64,000 bases of DNA from Saprospirales bacterium (GTDB lineage Bacteria > Bacteroidota > Bacteroidia > Chitinophagales > UBA8649). Both the position numbers and the translations under genes were made by a program. The DNA is taken from positions 5,803-69,802 of the forward strand of contig PAPS01000033.1 of assembly GCA_002708985.1 (NCBI GenBank). The letters are read 5' to 3'. This document shows, in pieces, positions 26,608 to 36,861 of this stretch (position 1 is its first letter; each line of letters starts with the position of its first letter). Below the pieces are notes generated by a model. It searched no databases and was not told the DNA's origin. It was given only the letters and a program-made list of their open reading frames with translations.

Positions 26608-29031
26608 ATGAAGATTTCGTACAACTGGTTACAACAATATATTTCTGCAGAAATTCATCCTGATGCTGCTGCGGATTGTCTAACGGCAACGGGTCTGGAA
26701 GTCGAGCATCTCACTAGTTCCGGCGGAGATCCTAAGCTGCTTCAACAACTTAAGGTAGGAGAAGTATTGACTAAAAGCGCTCATCCAAACGCAGATCGTC
26801 TTGCACTGGCCAAAGTGGATATTGGGGAGATGGCCCCACTTAATATAGTATGTGGTGCTCCAAATCTAGAAGCAGGTCAAAAAGTTGCTGTGGCTTGCGT
26901 GGGAGTTGAAATTCCAATGAAAGACGGAGAATCGTTAACCATTCGTAAATCGAAAATACGCGGTGAGTATTCAGAAGGAATGCTATGTAGTGAGCGCGAA
27001 ATTGGTCTGAGTGAAGATCATTCGGGAATATTGGTTTTGCCCGGTACGGCCAAGGTAGGCCTGCCATTGTTAGACGTTATTGATTTGGAAACTGACTACC
27101 AATTTGATATTGGCTTGACACCAAATCGAAGTGATGCCATGAGCCATTACGGCGTCGCTCGAGATCTTGTTGCTGCGCTAAGAGCTCAAGGAAAGAGTGC
27201 TTCATGTAAACCTATTAAAAGTGCTGCGCTTCCCGGTAATCTTCCTTCGGTAGGACTATCCATAAAGGACGGCACGGCTTGTCCTCGCTATTCGCTTTTA
27301 AAGATAACTGGAGTTGAAGTGAAAGATTCACCGCAGTGGATTCAGCAATCATTGAAATCCATTGGCCTAAAATCAATCAACAACGTCGTTGATGCTACGA
27401 ATTTTGTGCTTTGGGAGATAGGACAGCCCTTGCACGCCTTTGATGCGGACCATGTAGATCAAGAGTCCATCATTGTGCGTAAGGCAAGTGATAAAGAAAA
27501 GTTTGTGACCCTTGATGACAAATCGATTAAACTTGATAAGGAAGATTTAGTCATTTCTGATGCTAAAGGTCCCCTCTGTTTGGCAGGCGTTTATGGAGGA
27601 AAAAACTCAGGGGTTACGCAAAAGACTACCTCAATCCTTTTAGAGAGTGCATACTTTGATGCGACAACGATTCGTAAAACCTCGGTTCGTCATGGTTTAC
27701 GAACGGATGCCGCTCAGCGCTATGAGAAAGGTGCGGATCCAGAGATTTTGCAATTTGGTCTGCAGAGAGCGGTGGATATTCTTCGTGAAACCTGTCCTAA
27801 TCTTGCGTTAGAAGGATACAACTTTTTCGATAGTGGTGCGCTGAAGCCTACAGAGGTTAAACTTTCCTTAGAATATTTAGATCAGCTTTCTGGACTATCT
27901 TTTTCCTATGCTACTGTGGTGCAGATATTGGAAGATTTAGACATCAAGGTGCTCAATGAAGAAAACGGTTGGTTGACGCTATCCATCCCAATGTATCGCA
28001 GCGATGTGACACGCCCAGAAGATGTGATTGAAGAAATTCTTCGGATCTATGGTTTTGATCGCGTGAGCATTCCTGACCGCGTACATAGTTCTCTCACCTT
28101 CCAAGATCGTTTTCAAGTCAAGTCGTGGGCTGATCGCTTAGCCGGTCTTCTCAATGGATTTGGTTATTCGGAGATCATGACGAATTCCATAAGCAAGTCC
28201 AAGCATTACCAAGGACTCGGTGAAGAAGACTTGGCACGTATTGTTTGCTTGGAAAACAGCATGACAAGTGAGTTGGATATTATGCGGCCTAATCTAATTC
28301 CTGAAGGGCTTGAAGTCATTGCCTACAATATCAATAGAAAATCGGATAATCTACGTCTGTTCGAATTTGGGTATACCTATTCGAAAAGTGGAGCGGCGTA
28401 TGGCCAACGTCGGGAGCTTGCAATATATTTTTCTAGTCCGGGTTCATTACGCCATTGGTCTGGCGACGTCTCTCAACAAGATTTTAATGCATTTAAAGGG
28501 CTAGTTGATGCCATAAACAAAAACTTAAAGCTTAGTGCTCAGTCAATGAAGGCATGGAGTGGAACTTTTGCGCAGGGGCAGGAATTTATGATAAATAAAA
28601 AGGTCTTCCTTCGTTTGGGTGAGGTGCTTCATGAGGCCAAGGAGCAATTTAACATCAATCAGCCTGTTTTTGTAGCACTTTTTGATATCGATAATGTCTT
28701 GTCGTTAATTGATAAGGATGTACCACATATGATGTCCATTCCAACAACACTCAATGTGCATCGCGACCTAACCATTCACTTGGAGGAAAACATGCCGTAT
28801 CATCAAGTAAGTAGAACCTTGTCAGATTTAAATATCAAAGAGCTTATCCATTGGAACCTAGTGGATGATTTTCGTGATGAGGACAAAATTGGAAAAGCTC
28901 TAAAGGCCTGGACAATTCATTTTGTATTAAACTTCGGGGATATTACACCGTCTGATGCCTCAATTGATCAAATTATGCAAGATATAATTCAGGCCTTACA
29001 ACAGAAATTTGGAGCGAATATCGCTCAGTAG
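26608..29031 (+). CDS. pheT: Phenylalanine-tRNA ligase beta subunit
   Basis: MKISYNWL, HPNADRL, VCGAPN, LTPNRSDAMSHYG, RYEKG, DVIEEILRIYG. Confidence 0.96.
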   Translation: MKISYNWLQQYISAEIHPDAAADCLTATGLEVEHLTSSGGDPKLLQQLKVGEVLTKSAHPNADRLALAKVDIGEMAPLNIVCGAPNLEAGQKVAVACVGVEIPMKDGESLTIRKSKIRGEYSEGMLCSEREIGLSEDHSGILVLPGTAKVGLPLLDVIDLETDYQFDIGLTPNRSDAMSHYGVARDLVAALRAQGKSASCKPIKSAALPGNLPSVGLSIKDGTACPRYSLLKITGVEVKDSPQWIQQSLKSIGLKSINNVVDATNFVLWEIGQPLHAFDADHVDQESIIVRKASDKEKFVTLDDKSIKLDKEDLVISDAKGPLCLAGVYGGKNSGVTQKTTSILLESAYFDATTIRKTSVRHGLRTDAAQRYEKGADPEILQFGLQRAVDILRETCPNLALEGYNFFDSGALKPTEVKLSLEYLDQLSGLSFSYATVVQILEDLDIKVLNEENGWLTLSIPMYRSDVTRPEDVIEEILRIYGFDRVSIPDRVHSSLTFQDRFQVKSWADRLAGLLNGFGYSEIMTNSISKSKHYQGLGEEDLARIVCLENSMTSELDIMRPNLIPEGLEVIAYNINRKSDNLRLFEFGYTYSKSGAAYGQRRELAIYFSSPGSLRHWSGDVSQQDFNAFKGLVDAINKNLKLSAQSMKAWSGTFAQGQEFMINKKVFLRLGEVLHEAKEQFNINQPVFVALFDIDNVLSLIDKDVPHMMSIPTTLNVHRDLTIHLEENMPYHQVSRTLSDLNIKELIHWNLVDDFRDEDKIGKALKAWTIHFVLNFGDITPSDASIDQIMQDIIQALQQKFGANIAQ

Positions 29032-29116
29032 GCACACGTAAAAGTTACCGTAATTCGTGAACACTGATCAGTCTCAGTTGCGCGATAAATTACTTTCAGT
29101 TTGCGGTAAGTTCTAG

Positions 29117-29419
29117 CTAGAGTTCTAAGCGGTCCTCAGGAAATGCCTTCATTTCAAAGGGCTGATTGACAATTTTTGCCATGGCCATGCGGTCCAATCG
29201 AAACACTCTAAAGTCCTCTCTTAGTCTACAGTATGCTGCTAACTGTCGCTTACTTTCATTAAAGATTAAGCGTATTGGTTCTACCACTCTCTGAGTTACC
29301 TCGCGCTCATTGGATTCGTATTCTATCTCAATGCATAATCGCTCATTAATTGCCGTTTCAATACAGTGTGTCAAATTGGGACTGTAATGCATGTGTCGCT
29401 TAACATGATAATCTTCCAT
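29117..29419 (-). CDS. Stand-alone WYL-domain protein
   Basis: IEIEY...TQRVVEP...LAAYCRLREDFRVFRLDRM. No HTH or WCX domain. Confidence 0.85.
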   Translation of the reverse strand: MEDYHVKRHMHYSPNLTHCIETAINERLCIEIEYESNEREVTQRVVEPIRLIFNESKRQLAAYCRLREDFRVFRLDRMAMAKIVNQPFEMKAFPEDRLEL

Positions 29420-29428
29420 GCAATAAAT

Positions 29429-32050
29429 TTAGGATTTATATTGAGAGAGGTTCTTTTTTAAGGCTTCAATCTTATCCAAGCCATCTTTGAGCTTTTGGCG
29501 CTCTTTCTCAACTACTGCTGGTGGTGCATTGTCTACAAAGCGGGCATTGCTCAGTTTTCCTTGGACCTGTTTTACAAAGCCCTCTGTATAGGATAGTTCA
29601 GATTCGAGGTCTTGAATCAGTTGATCAATATCAATGGTTTTTCCCGTATCAACATAGAAGGTGGCTCCCTTTTCCACAAAACTCTCTTGACCATCGATTT
29701 CACGCTCAACCCAATTAATGGATTCAGCCTTGGTCATTTTTGCAATCAATTGCTCAAAGGCCATGTAGGCTTCTGATGGCTTACCATACGCTGTCAGCTT
29801 GATGGTGTCTTGGTTTTTACAAGAAGCTTTTTGTCGAATATCTCGTATTCCAGTTATAATGCGTCGAGCGGACTCTCCATAGTTGAGCCAAGTTTGATCT
29901 TTGACCTCACTTGGTGTTGGATAGGATTCAACACAAATGCTTTCTCCCTCTTTTCGCTCCTCTACATTTTGCCATAGCTCTTCGGTGATGAAGGGCATGA
30001 AGGGATGTAAGAGTTGCAGAAGTTGATTGAAGAATTCTATACTCTTCTCTTTTACTTCCTTAGGATAGTCTTCTCCTTTTGGTCGTTTAACAAATTCTAG
30101 ATACCATGAGCAGAAATCTGTCCAGGTAGCTTTATACAATTCCATCAATGCTTCGGACAGTCGAAACTCTGAGATGGCCTTACCTACATCGCTTGTTAGT
30201 TGCTCTAATCGGGCCTCAAACCATAGCATAGCTGCTTTGTCTTCTTGGGCTAATTCATTGGAATCTGTACTCCATGAATCAATCAGCATATAGGCATTAT
30301 ATAGTTTATTGGTGAAGTTTCTTCCGTTTTCACAAAGCTTTTCTTCAAATAACAAGTCATTTCCCGCGGCTGCGCAACTCAATACCCCAAAGCGGACTCC
30401 GTCTGCACCGTAGTGATCCATAAGTTTTAGTGCATCAGGCGAGTTTCCTAACGATTTGGACATTTTCCTGCGCTGCATGTCCCGAACCATCCCAGTGAAA
30501 TAGACTTTTTCAAATGGCTTTTTATTTTTGAAAGTATATCCAGCAAAAACCATTCGTGCCACCCAAAAGAAAATGATGTCCCATCCTGTAACCAACACTT
30601 GAGTAGGGTAGTAGTAGTTGAATTCTTGTTGTTCCTCTTTAAATCCATCGAAGACGGATATAGGCCATAACCAACTGGAAAACCAGGTATCGAGTGCATC
30701 AGGATCTTGGACGAGGTCTTCTATTTGGATACCATCATCCGCAAAGTGGGAGCGAGCCATTCTTAGTGCCTCTTCTATGCTTTCTGCCACGAAGACTTGG
30801 TCGCGCACATAATAGGCTGGAATTGAATGTCCCCACCACAGTTGTCTAGAAATAGGCCAATCTCTAATGTTGTCAAGCCAATGTTTGTAGACGGATACAT
30901 ATTTAGTTGGAATAAAATCAATATCTCCATTAAGGACGGCATCAAGGGCAGGCTTAACAATTTCATCCATGCGCACAAACCACTGTAAAGAACGGCGGGG
31001 TTCCACCACAGTGTCAGTATTTCGTTCCGAATAGCCCACGCTGTTTTGTATCGACTCATTTTTGATTAATAGGTCGTTCTCTTTGAGGTATCGAGCTGCT
31101 AGCTTGCGTGCTTCAAACCGATCCTTTCCTACAGCAAATCCTGCAATGTCTGCAATGCTGCCGTCGGGATTAAGCACATCGATGGATTCTAAATTATGTC
31201 GTTGACCAATCTCATAGTCATTGGTGTCATGGGCTGGGGTAACTTTAAGTACTCCAGTTCCAAACTCCCTATCGATATAGGTGTCTGCGATGATTGGCAC
31301 TTCCCGATTGACTATGGGTGTAATAGCGCGCTGTCCAATAAGATGCTGGTAGCGCTCATCATCTGGGTGAACGCAGATGGCCGTATCACCCATAATAGTT
31401 TCTGGCCGCGTTGTGGCCACGATGAGGTAGTCATTCTGGTCGACAAGTTTGTACTTGATGTAATACAGTTGGGAAGTAACCTCTTTACGGATCACTTCCT
31501 CATTAGATAAAGTGGTTTGTGCTTTAGGATCCCAATTGACAATCTTCCAATCTCGGTATATCTTTCCTTCATTATAGAGTTCAACAAAGACCTTATTGAC
31601 GGCTTTAGAAAGATCCTCTTCCAATGTGAAGCGGGTCCTTGACCAGTCACAAGATGCGCCTAAACGCTTTAATTGATCGAGAATAACTCCACCAAACTCA
31701 TCCGTCCATGCCCACGCATGCTTTAGAAATTCTTCTCGTGTGAGGTCTGATTTTTTAATGCCTTGTTCTCTAAGTCTGCCAACAACTTTGGCTTCAGTGG
31801 CTATTGATGCATGGTCAGTTCCCGGCACCCAACACGCGTTTTTTCCTTGCATTCTAGCATGCCGAATAAAGACATCTTGAATGGTATTGTTAAGCATATG
31901 TCCCATATGCAAAACTCCGGTGACATTGGGTGGTGGGATGACGATGGTGAAGGGTTCTCTATCGTCTACTTTGCTAGTAAAAAATTCATGTTTTAGCCAA
32001 TAAGAATACCATTTCGATTCTACTTCTTTGGCGATGTAGCCTTGACTCAT
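29429..32050 (-). CDS. valS: Valine-tRNA ligase
   Basis: PPPNVTGVLHMGH, ISRQLWWGH, KMSKS, C-terminal coiled coil (FVDNAP). Confidence 0.98.
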   Translation of the reverse strand: MSQGYIAKEVESKWYSYWLKHEFFTSKVDDREPFTIVIPPPNVTGVLHMGHMLNNTIQDVFIRHARMQGKNACWVPGTDHASIATEAKVVGRLREQGIKKSDLTREEFLKHAWAWTDEFGGVILDQLKRLGASCDWSRTRFTLEEDLSKAVNKVFVELYNEGKIYRDWKIVNWDPKAQTTLSNEEVIRKEVTSQLYYIKYKLVDQNDYLIVATTRPETIMGDTAICVHPDDERYQHLIGQRAITPIVNREVPIIADTYIDREFGTGVLKVTPAHDTNDYEIGQRHNLESIDVLNPDGSIADIAGFAVGKDRFEARKLAARYLKENDLLIKNESIQNSVGYSERNTDTVVEPRRSLQWFVRMDEIVKPALDAVLNGDIDFIPTKYVSVYKHWLDNIRDWPISRQLWWGHSIPAYYVRDQVFVAESIEEALRMARSHFADDGIQIEDLVQDPDALDTWFSSWLWPISVFDGFKEEQQEFNYYYPTQVLVTGWDIIFFWVARMVFAGYTFKNKKPFEKVYFTGMVRDMQRRKMSKSLGNSPDALKLMDHYGADGVRFGVLSCAAAGNDLLFEEKLCENGRNFTNKLYNAYMLIDSWSTDSNELAQEDKAAMLWFEARLEQLTSDVGKAISEFRLSEALMELYKATWTDFCSWYLEFVKRPKGEDYPKEVKEKSIEFFNQLLQLLHPFMPFITEELWQNVEERKEGESICVESYPTPSEVKDQTWLNYGESARRIITGIRDIRQKASCKNQDTIKLTAYGKPSEAYMAFEQLIAKMTKAESINWVEREIDGQESFVEKGATFYVDTGKTIDIDQLIQDLESELSYTEGFVKQVQGKLSNARFVDNAPPAVVEKERQKLKDGLDKIEALKKNLSQYKS

Positions 32051-32058
32051 AGCTTAGA

Positions 32059-32622
32059 TTATAGGTTGTTTTTCCATTTGATGCTACATCCTGCGCTGGG
32101 CAACTGGTTTACATCAATGACTTTGTTCTCTAAGTGGGCATCAATGGCGTTTAGTAAATCTTGACCATCAAGATCTTCATCGTTTTTATGATTTGAGCCG
32201 TCGTACCTCCCTCGATAAACGAGTATTCCATCTTTATTGTACATAAAGAAATCGGGTGTACAAACGGCACCGAATGCCTTAGCTACTGTTTGGTCTTCAT
32301 CATAGAGATAGGGAAATTGGAAGCCTCGTTGAAGTGCCTGTTCTTTTAGCCGATTAGGATGATCTTGAGGGTAATTGACGACATCGTTGGACGATATGGC
32401 GACAAATCCCATTCCTCGTCCAATGCGTTGATTAAAGGCTGACGCCATATGCTCATCTAGGTGCAATACATAGGGGCAATGGGCACATATGAATGCCACA
32501 ACTAAGCCATGGGAGGCCATTAAGTCATTCTCACTGAACAATTCTTGACTTATAACGTCCATCAAATAAAATGAAGGAATAGAAATGCCCAGTGGGGCCA
32601 TGGAGGACTGCATAAGTGCCAT
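32059..32622 (-). CDS. Cytoplasmic thioredoxin-fold (AhpC/TSA-like) protein
   Basis: FICAHCPYV, YPQD, GAVCTPDFF, YRGRYD, GCSIKW. Confidence 0.88.
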   Translation of the reverse strand: MALMQSSMAPLGISIPSFYLMDVISQELFSENDLMASHGLVVAFICAHCPYVLHLDEHMASAFNQRIGRGMGFVAISSNDVVNYPQDHPNRLKEQALQRGFQFPYLYDEDQTVAKAFGAVCTPDFFMYNKDGILVYRGRYDGSNHKNDEDLDGQDLLNAIDAHLENKVIDVNQLPSAGCSIKWKNNL

Positions 32623-32644
32623 TGCGTTGCTTTAAGGCTGAAAG

Positions 32645-32977
32645 TTAGTCTTTACCTTTCTCATTTTCAAAATGTAGGGCATAGGAGTTGATACAAAATC
32701 GAAGTCCAGTTGGTTGAGGGCCATCGTTAAATACATGACCCAGTGGGCTGTTGCAATATTTACATGCGACGGCTGTACGAACCTTGCCTTCTGAATGATC
32801 CTCGGTTAGAATCAATGTGTCTTCTGCGGCTTCCTTGTAAAAGGTGGGCCAACCGCATCCAGAATCGTATTTGCTTTTTGAGGAGAAAAGGGGAGTTTTG
32901 CAATGGCTGCACAAATACATTCCATTATCGAAGTGTAGGTAGTACTTGTTCGTGTAAGGAGATTCAGTTTTTGCCAT
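32645..32977 (-). CDS. msrB: Peptide-methionine (R)-S-oxide reductase
   Basis: CSHC and CKYC zinc pairs, SGCGWPTF, HVFNDGP, RFCINS. Confidence 0.92.
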   Translation of the reverse strand: MAKTESPYTNKYYLHFDNGMYLCSHCKTPLFSSKSKYDSGCGWPTFYKEAAEDTLILTEDHSEGKVRTAVACKYCNSPLGHVFNDGPQPTGLRFCINSYALHFENEKGKD

Positions 32978-32980
32978 GGA

Positions 32981-34996
32981 CTATTTTATGCGGGACTGTG
33001 TCTTTATTTCCTCAATTAAAATCTCTTTGCTGTGCTCCGCGTCATGGTCTAGAGAGATTTCTAAATAGTTGCCGTCCCCAGCAACAGTCAAACTTTCCAT
33101 TCGTTCAAGTCCATTTGAATCGTTACCAAATCCCAATACTGATAATTTTATACCGTAGTCCTTATTATTTCGACGAACTACACGGAGCAGCTCTTGTTCG
33201 TTAAGAGTTAAGTGGTCATCGGTAAAAAGTCCGTCCGTGGCGAGTATGATTTGATTATTTCCTTCGGAAAGGAAGCTCCCTTGAATCAGTGCATACGCCG
33301 CTTCAATTCCTTTTACTCCGTATGTAAGTCCGGATGGCGTTAAACGGTTTACTTCATACTTTACCGCTTCCTTGTCAGATAGTGCAATCGATGAGAAGAT
33401 GGTGTCAGCCTTTGAGTTGTAGGTAATTAATCCAATTTGATCAAAATCTCTAAGGACGTCAATTAAGGTGGTTATAGATTTTTTAAGCTTAGCTATTTTC
33501 CCATGTTTTCGCATCGAAAAAGAAATGTCAATAAGAAAAATGAGATTGTTCTGTTTGTATAGCGCCTCATTGAGTTCTCCCCATTGATTGTAATCCGAAA
33601 GATCTTCATCAACTACAGTTTCTTCCTCGTAACCATTATCTTCTGAATTATTGGAGGTGTTCATAAAGCTTTCCATCCGTTCTTCTGGGGACATTTCACT
33701 TAATTGGATTTCTTCACTCGTTGCCTGTGTGGTGGTTAAAACATCCTCTTCAGAGCCTTCAGTATTTTCTTCACTGATTAAGGTTGTATCTTCCGACTCG
33801 GTGATGTCGATGTGGTTTTCCAATGATGTGTTTTCGTGGCTTGAATTCGTTTCAGATGCTACATCTGTCGAGGTAGGAGATAAATCGGCTTGCACATTTT
33901 CTTGAATAGCTATTGTTTCAAGCGAACTGCTCTCTTGAGAGCTAGGTGTATCTAGGGTAACTCCAACGTAAATAGGAGTCAGGTAAACCTCTTGAATTTC
34001 CGTAATCTTAGTGTCTATGGTCACTACCTTTTTTTCATAACCGCTGGCTTTAATTTCGGCCTCTGTGTTTTCTTTGGGCTGTCCAGTTCTCCAAATCCCC
34101 TCCTCGTCACTCTTACCCGACTCCAGAAGGTAGCCATCTACATTACGAACAAAAACATCTGCACGATAAATAGGCTGTTCGGTTACGATGTTTAAAATTT
34201 GGAATCCATAATCCACAAAACTTGGGTCATCTAAGTTGATTGGGTTCATGTCATAAGCTGCCAGAAGTGAATCATAGTTGATATCGTTCTCGTCGAAGGT
34301 CCGATCCATGCTAATTTGAATAACATCTGACCGATAAGTGTGGTCAAAATACATGGTTTGTGAAGCGTAGCCGTCACGCTCGAGGGTCATGTCAAAGCTT
34401 CCTTGTGGAAAGTTTTCGTTGAGTTGCCCTTCTTCATTGGTAGTCATGATAATTTCATCGGGATAATATTGAGACTTTAGTCGCACGCGCACGTTTTCTA
34501 AAGGACGATCAGTACGTTTGTCACGAACAAACAATGAAAGGTTGCTTATCGAGGTGGACTTGCCCTTTCTGTAGGCAGGACAAACACTGACGACATTTGG
34601 GGAAAAAGATAAAATGTTTCCCTTGATAATAACAGGAAATGGAGAGGATGATTCTTCGAAGTAAAGCGTTACAACTTCGTCAAACTTACCTTTTTGACCC
34701 GTATAAAACTCGATATAAAATGAGGCCGAATCTCCCGGTTGGATTCCGTAAGTTGGATAAAGAATATTTACGGAGGGTGTACTAGGCGTTCTTAAGAAGT
34801 GAAGCGTTTTGTCGCTTCCGTTGTATACGGTAAAGGTTGCTTTTGGATTGGACCAATTGGTTAGCCTTCCATAATCAAAAACTTCGGGGTGTATGGTAAC
34901 GACATCCGTAATGCTTTGGCTAATCGCACGTATTTGTATACCCAAAAGAAATGGAAGTAGTAGGATAAGTAAACACTTCTTTGGTTGCATATTCAT
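32981..34996 (-). CDS. Exported VWA protein with Ig-like/carboxypeptidase-regulatory-like domains and acidic linker
   Basis: Signal peptide, DUF1573-like N-domain, MIDAS DISFS...T...ATDG. Confidence 0.8.
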   Translation of the reverse strand: MNMQPKKCLLILLLPFLLGIQIRAISQSITDVVTIHPEVFDYGRLTNWSNPKATFTVYNGSDKTLHFLRTPSTPSVNILYPTYGIQPGDSASFYIEFYTGQKGKFDEVVTLYFEESSSPFPVIIKGNILSFSPNVVSVCPAYRKGKSTSISNLSLFVRDKRTDRPLENVRVRLKSQYYPDEIIMTTNEEGQLNENFPQGSFDMTLERDGYASQTMYFDHTYRSDVIQISMDRTFDENDINYDSLLAAYDMNPINLDDPSFVDYGFQILNIVTEQPIYRADVFVRNVDGYLLESGKSDEEGIWRTGQPKENTEAEIKASGYEKKVVTIDTKITEIQEVYLTPIYVGVTLDTPSSQESSSLETIAIQENVQADLSPTSTDVASETNSSHENTSLENHIDITESEDTTLISEENTEGSEEDVLTTTQATSEEIQLSEMSPEERMESFMNTSNNSEDNGYEEETVVDEDLSDYNQWGELNEALYKQNNLIFLIDISFSMRKHGKIAKLKKSITTLIDVLRDFDQIGLITYNSKADTIFSSIALSDKEAVKYEVNRLTPSGLTYGVKGIEAAYALIQGSFLSEGNNQIILATDGLFTDDHLTLNEQELLRVVRRNNKDYGIKLSVLGFGNDSNGLERMESLTVAGDGNYLEISLDHDAEHSKEILIEEIKTQSRIK

Positions 34997-35032
34997 AGTT
35001 TTACATTATCAGTGAAGTTACTTTCAAAATAC

Positions 35033-35761
35033 ATGCTTCAGATTAGTGGGTTTTTAGCATCAAGGCGTGGATGGGCTATTATAGTAGTCATTGTTTTACA
35101 CACAGTGGGTGGAATATGTATGGCTCTAGGCGATCCGATAGGTTTAGTTTTACTCACACCTGCGCACTTATGTATAACTACATTTATATTGTTTTCTATT
35201 CATCCTCCGCTCAATAGGGAATTCTACAAGGCAGCCTTTTTGACCTTCATGTTCGGTATGTTTATTGAGATTGTTGGAGTACGAACAGGTAATATATTTG
35301 GCGAGTATCATTATACACCTTTGCTCGGTCCTAGAGTTTTAGGAGTTCCTATTGTAATTGGTACAAATTGGTTGCTATTGTCTTATTGTTTTTCTGCGCT
35401 TGTTCTATGGTGGCGACCGTCTTCACGATGGTTGTATAAGGTGATTTTAGGCGGTGTGGGAATGGTGCTCCTAGACGTAATCATTGAACCTTTTGCTGTG
35501 CATTATGGTTTATGGATTTGGAAAGGCCGAGTTCTTCCTTCAATGGCTAATTACCTAGCATGGTTTTTGGGAGGATGCATTGTTACATCAATATGGTTGC
35601 GCTTCTGGCAAAAGCCTGCTAATCATCAAGTTAGGTTCTCAAAATCGACAGAGGTCGACAGAAATATTGATTTGATTGGCAATAATGACATTCTTCTCGT
35701 AACTATTTTGTCTTTAGTAGTGTTCTTAGTACTGAGTTCAGCAGGGATTATGCTGAATTAG
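35033..35761 (+). CDS. cruF: CruF-like (DUF422) carotenoid biosynthesis membrane protein
   Basis: EIVGVRTGNIFGEYHY, LGVPIVIGTNW, DVIIEPFA, NYLAW. Start refined to ATG 35033. Confidence 0.75.
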   Translation: MLQISGFLASRRGWAIIVVIVLHTVGGICMALGDPIGLVLLTPAHLCITTFILFSIHPPLNREFYKAAFLTFMFGMFIEIVGVRTGNIFGEYHYTPLLGPRVLGVPIVIGTNWLLLSYCFSALVLWWRPSSRWLYKVILGGVGMVLLDVIIEPFAVHYGLWIWKGRVLPSMANYLAWFLGGCIVTSIWLRFWQKPANHQVRFSKSTEVDRNIDLIGNNDILLVTILSLVVFLVLSSAGIMLN

Positions 35762-35768
35762 AGCTACA

Positions 35769-36641
35769 ATGGGAAAATATTCGATTAAAGATATTGAGAT
35801 GCTAACGGGCATCAAGGCGCATACCTTAAGGATATGGGAAAAGCGCTATGATATCGTCTCGGCAGAGAGAACGGATACGAATATCAGGTTTTACAGTGAC
35901 GCTCAACTTAAGACGCTTCTTAATATTGCCTTGCTTAATCAAAACGGTATAAAGATTAGCAAGATCGCATCTTTGTCACAGGACGAAATACGTCAGAGGG
36001 CCATGGAAATGGGTCTGATGCAAACAAGCGACAACTATTTTCAAGGTAAACTTATCGAGTTTATGATTGCCATGGATGAGTCTAAGTTCGAAGCAACTTA
36101 CGAATCAAGTATTCGAAAACTTGGATTTGTGCATCAAATTGAGTCTGTTTTGTATCCTTTCATGCGAAAGGTGGGAATGTTGTGGTCGACCGGATCGATA
36201 AATCCAGCACAAGAACATTTCGCCACAAACATCATTAAGCGGCGCATAATGCGTGAAATTGAGAAAACTAAGCGTTTAAACGAAAATCCTAAACGTTTCA
36301 TTCTTTTCTTACCTGAAGGAGAGCTTCATGAAATAGGGCTGTTGATCGCTGAATACATGCTCCGTATACATGGTGCAAGGACGCTTTACCTTGGTGCTTC
36401 TGTTCCCATAGAGGATTTGGATAAAGTTCATCAATCCTTTGTTCCGGAATATTATGTTACCTGTTTTATTGTAGAAGGTGTGGGCCGGTCAGTGCGTGAA
36501 GAGCTCAACTATATAAGTGGTAAATTTCCCAAGTCTGAGATATTGTATTTTGGTTCTTCGTTTTTATTATCTGACATTGATCCTCCAGCGAACTGTAACT
36601 ATCTTTCTTCTCTTCATCAACTTGATCAGTACGCCATCTAG
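35769..36641 (+). CDS. carH: MerR-family B12-binding photoreceptor/repressor (CarH/LitR)
   Basis: MerR HTH (HTLRIWEKRY), W-x9-EH (WSTGSINPAQEH), ExHxxG (ELHEIG). Confidence 0.88.
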   Translation: MGKYSIKDIEMLTGIKAHTLRIWEKRYDIVSAERTDTNIRFYSDAQLKTLLNIALLNQNGIKISKIASLSQDEIRQRAMEMGLMQTSDNYFQGKLIEFMIAMDESKFEATYESSIRKLGFVHQIESVLYPFMRKVGMLWSTGSINPAQEHFATNIIKRRIMREIEKTKRLNENPKRFILFLPEGELHEIGLLIAEYMLRIHGARTLYLGASVPIEDLDKVHQSFVPEYYVTCFIVEGVGRSVREELNYISGKFPKSEILYFGSSFLLSDIDPPANCNYLSSLHQLDQYAI

Positions 36642-36795
36642 CGTTTGATATTTTTTAAAGTTATACACATTCTCTAGGTGTTGCTAGAAGACAATTATAC
36701 CTCCCAATTGTTTGTTTAATGTCTACTGTAAACCATTCATTTTGTTTAATTTATTACCAATTTGAGTCATATTAAGTTGAACGAAACAACCATTA

Positions 36796-36825
36796 TGTTT
36801 AACTAAATGTGGAAATAATTAAACA
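36796..36825. promoter_or_regulatory. Putative CarH operator 1
   Basis: TGTTTAA-N16-TTAAACA. Confidence 0.7.
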
Positions 36826-36861
36826 AAAAGTTGGGAAAATTGTCGCTTTTATGAAATATTC

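Noticed and set aside
32743-33204. 153-aa plus-strand ORF
   Set aside because: Antisense to msrB and VWA, Cys/Arg-rich nonsense composition.
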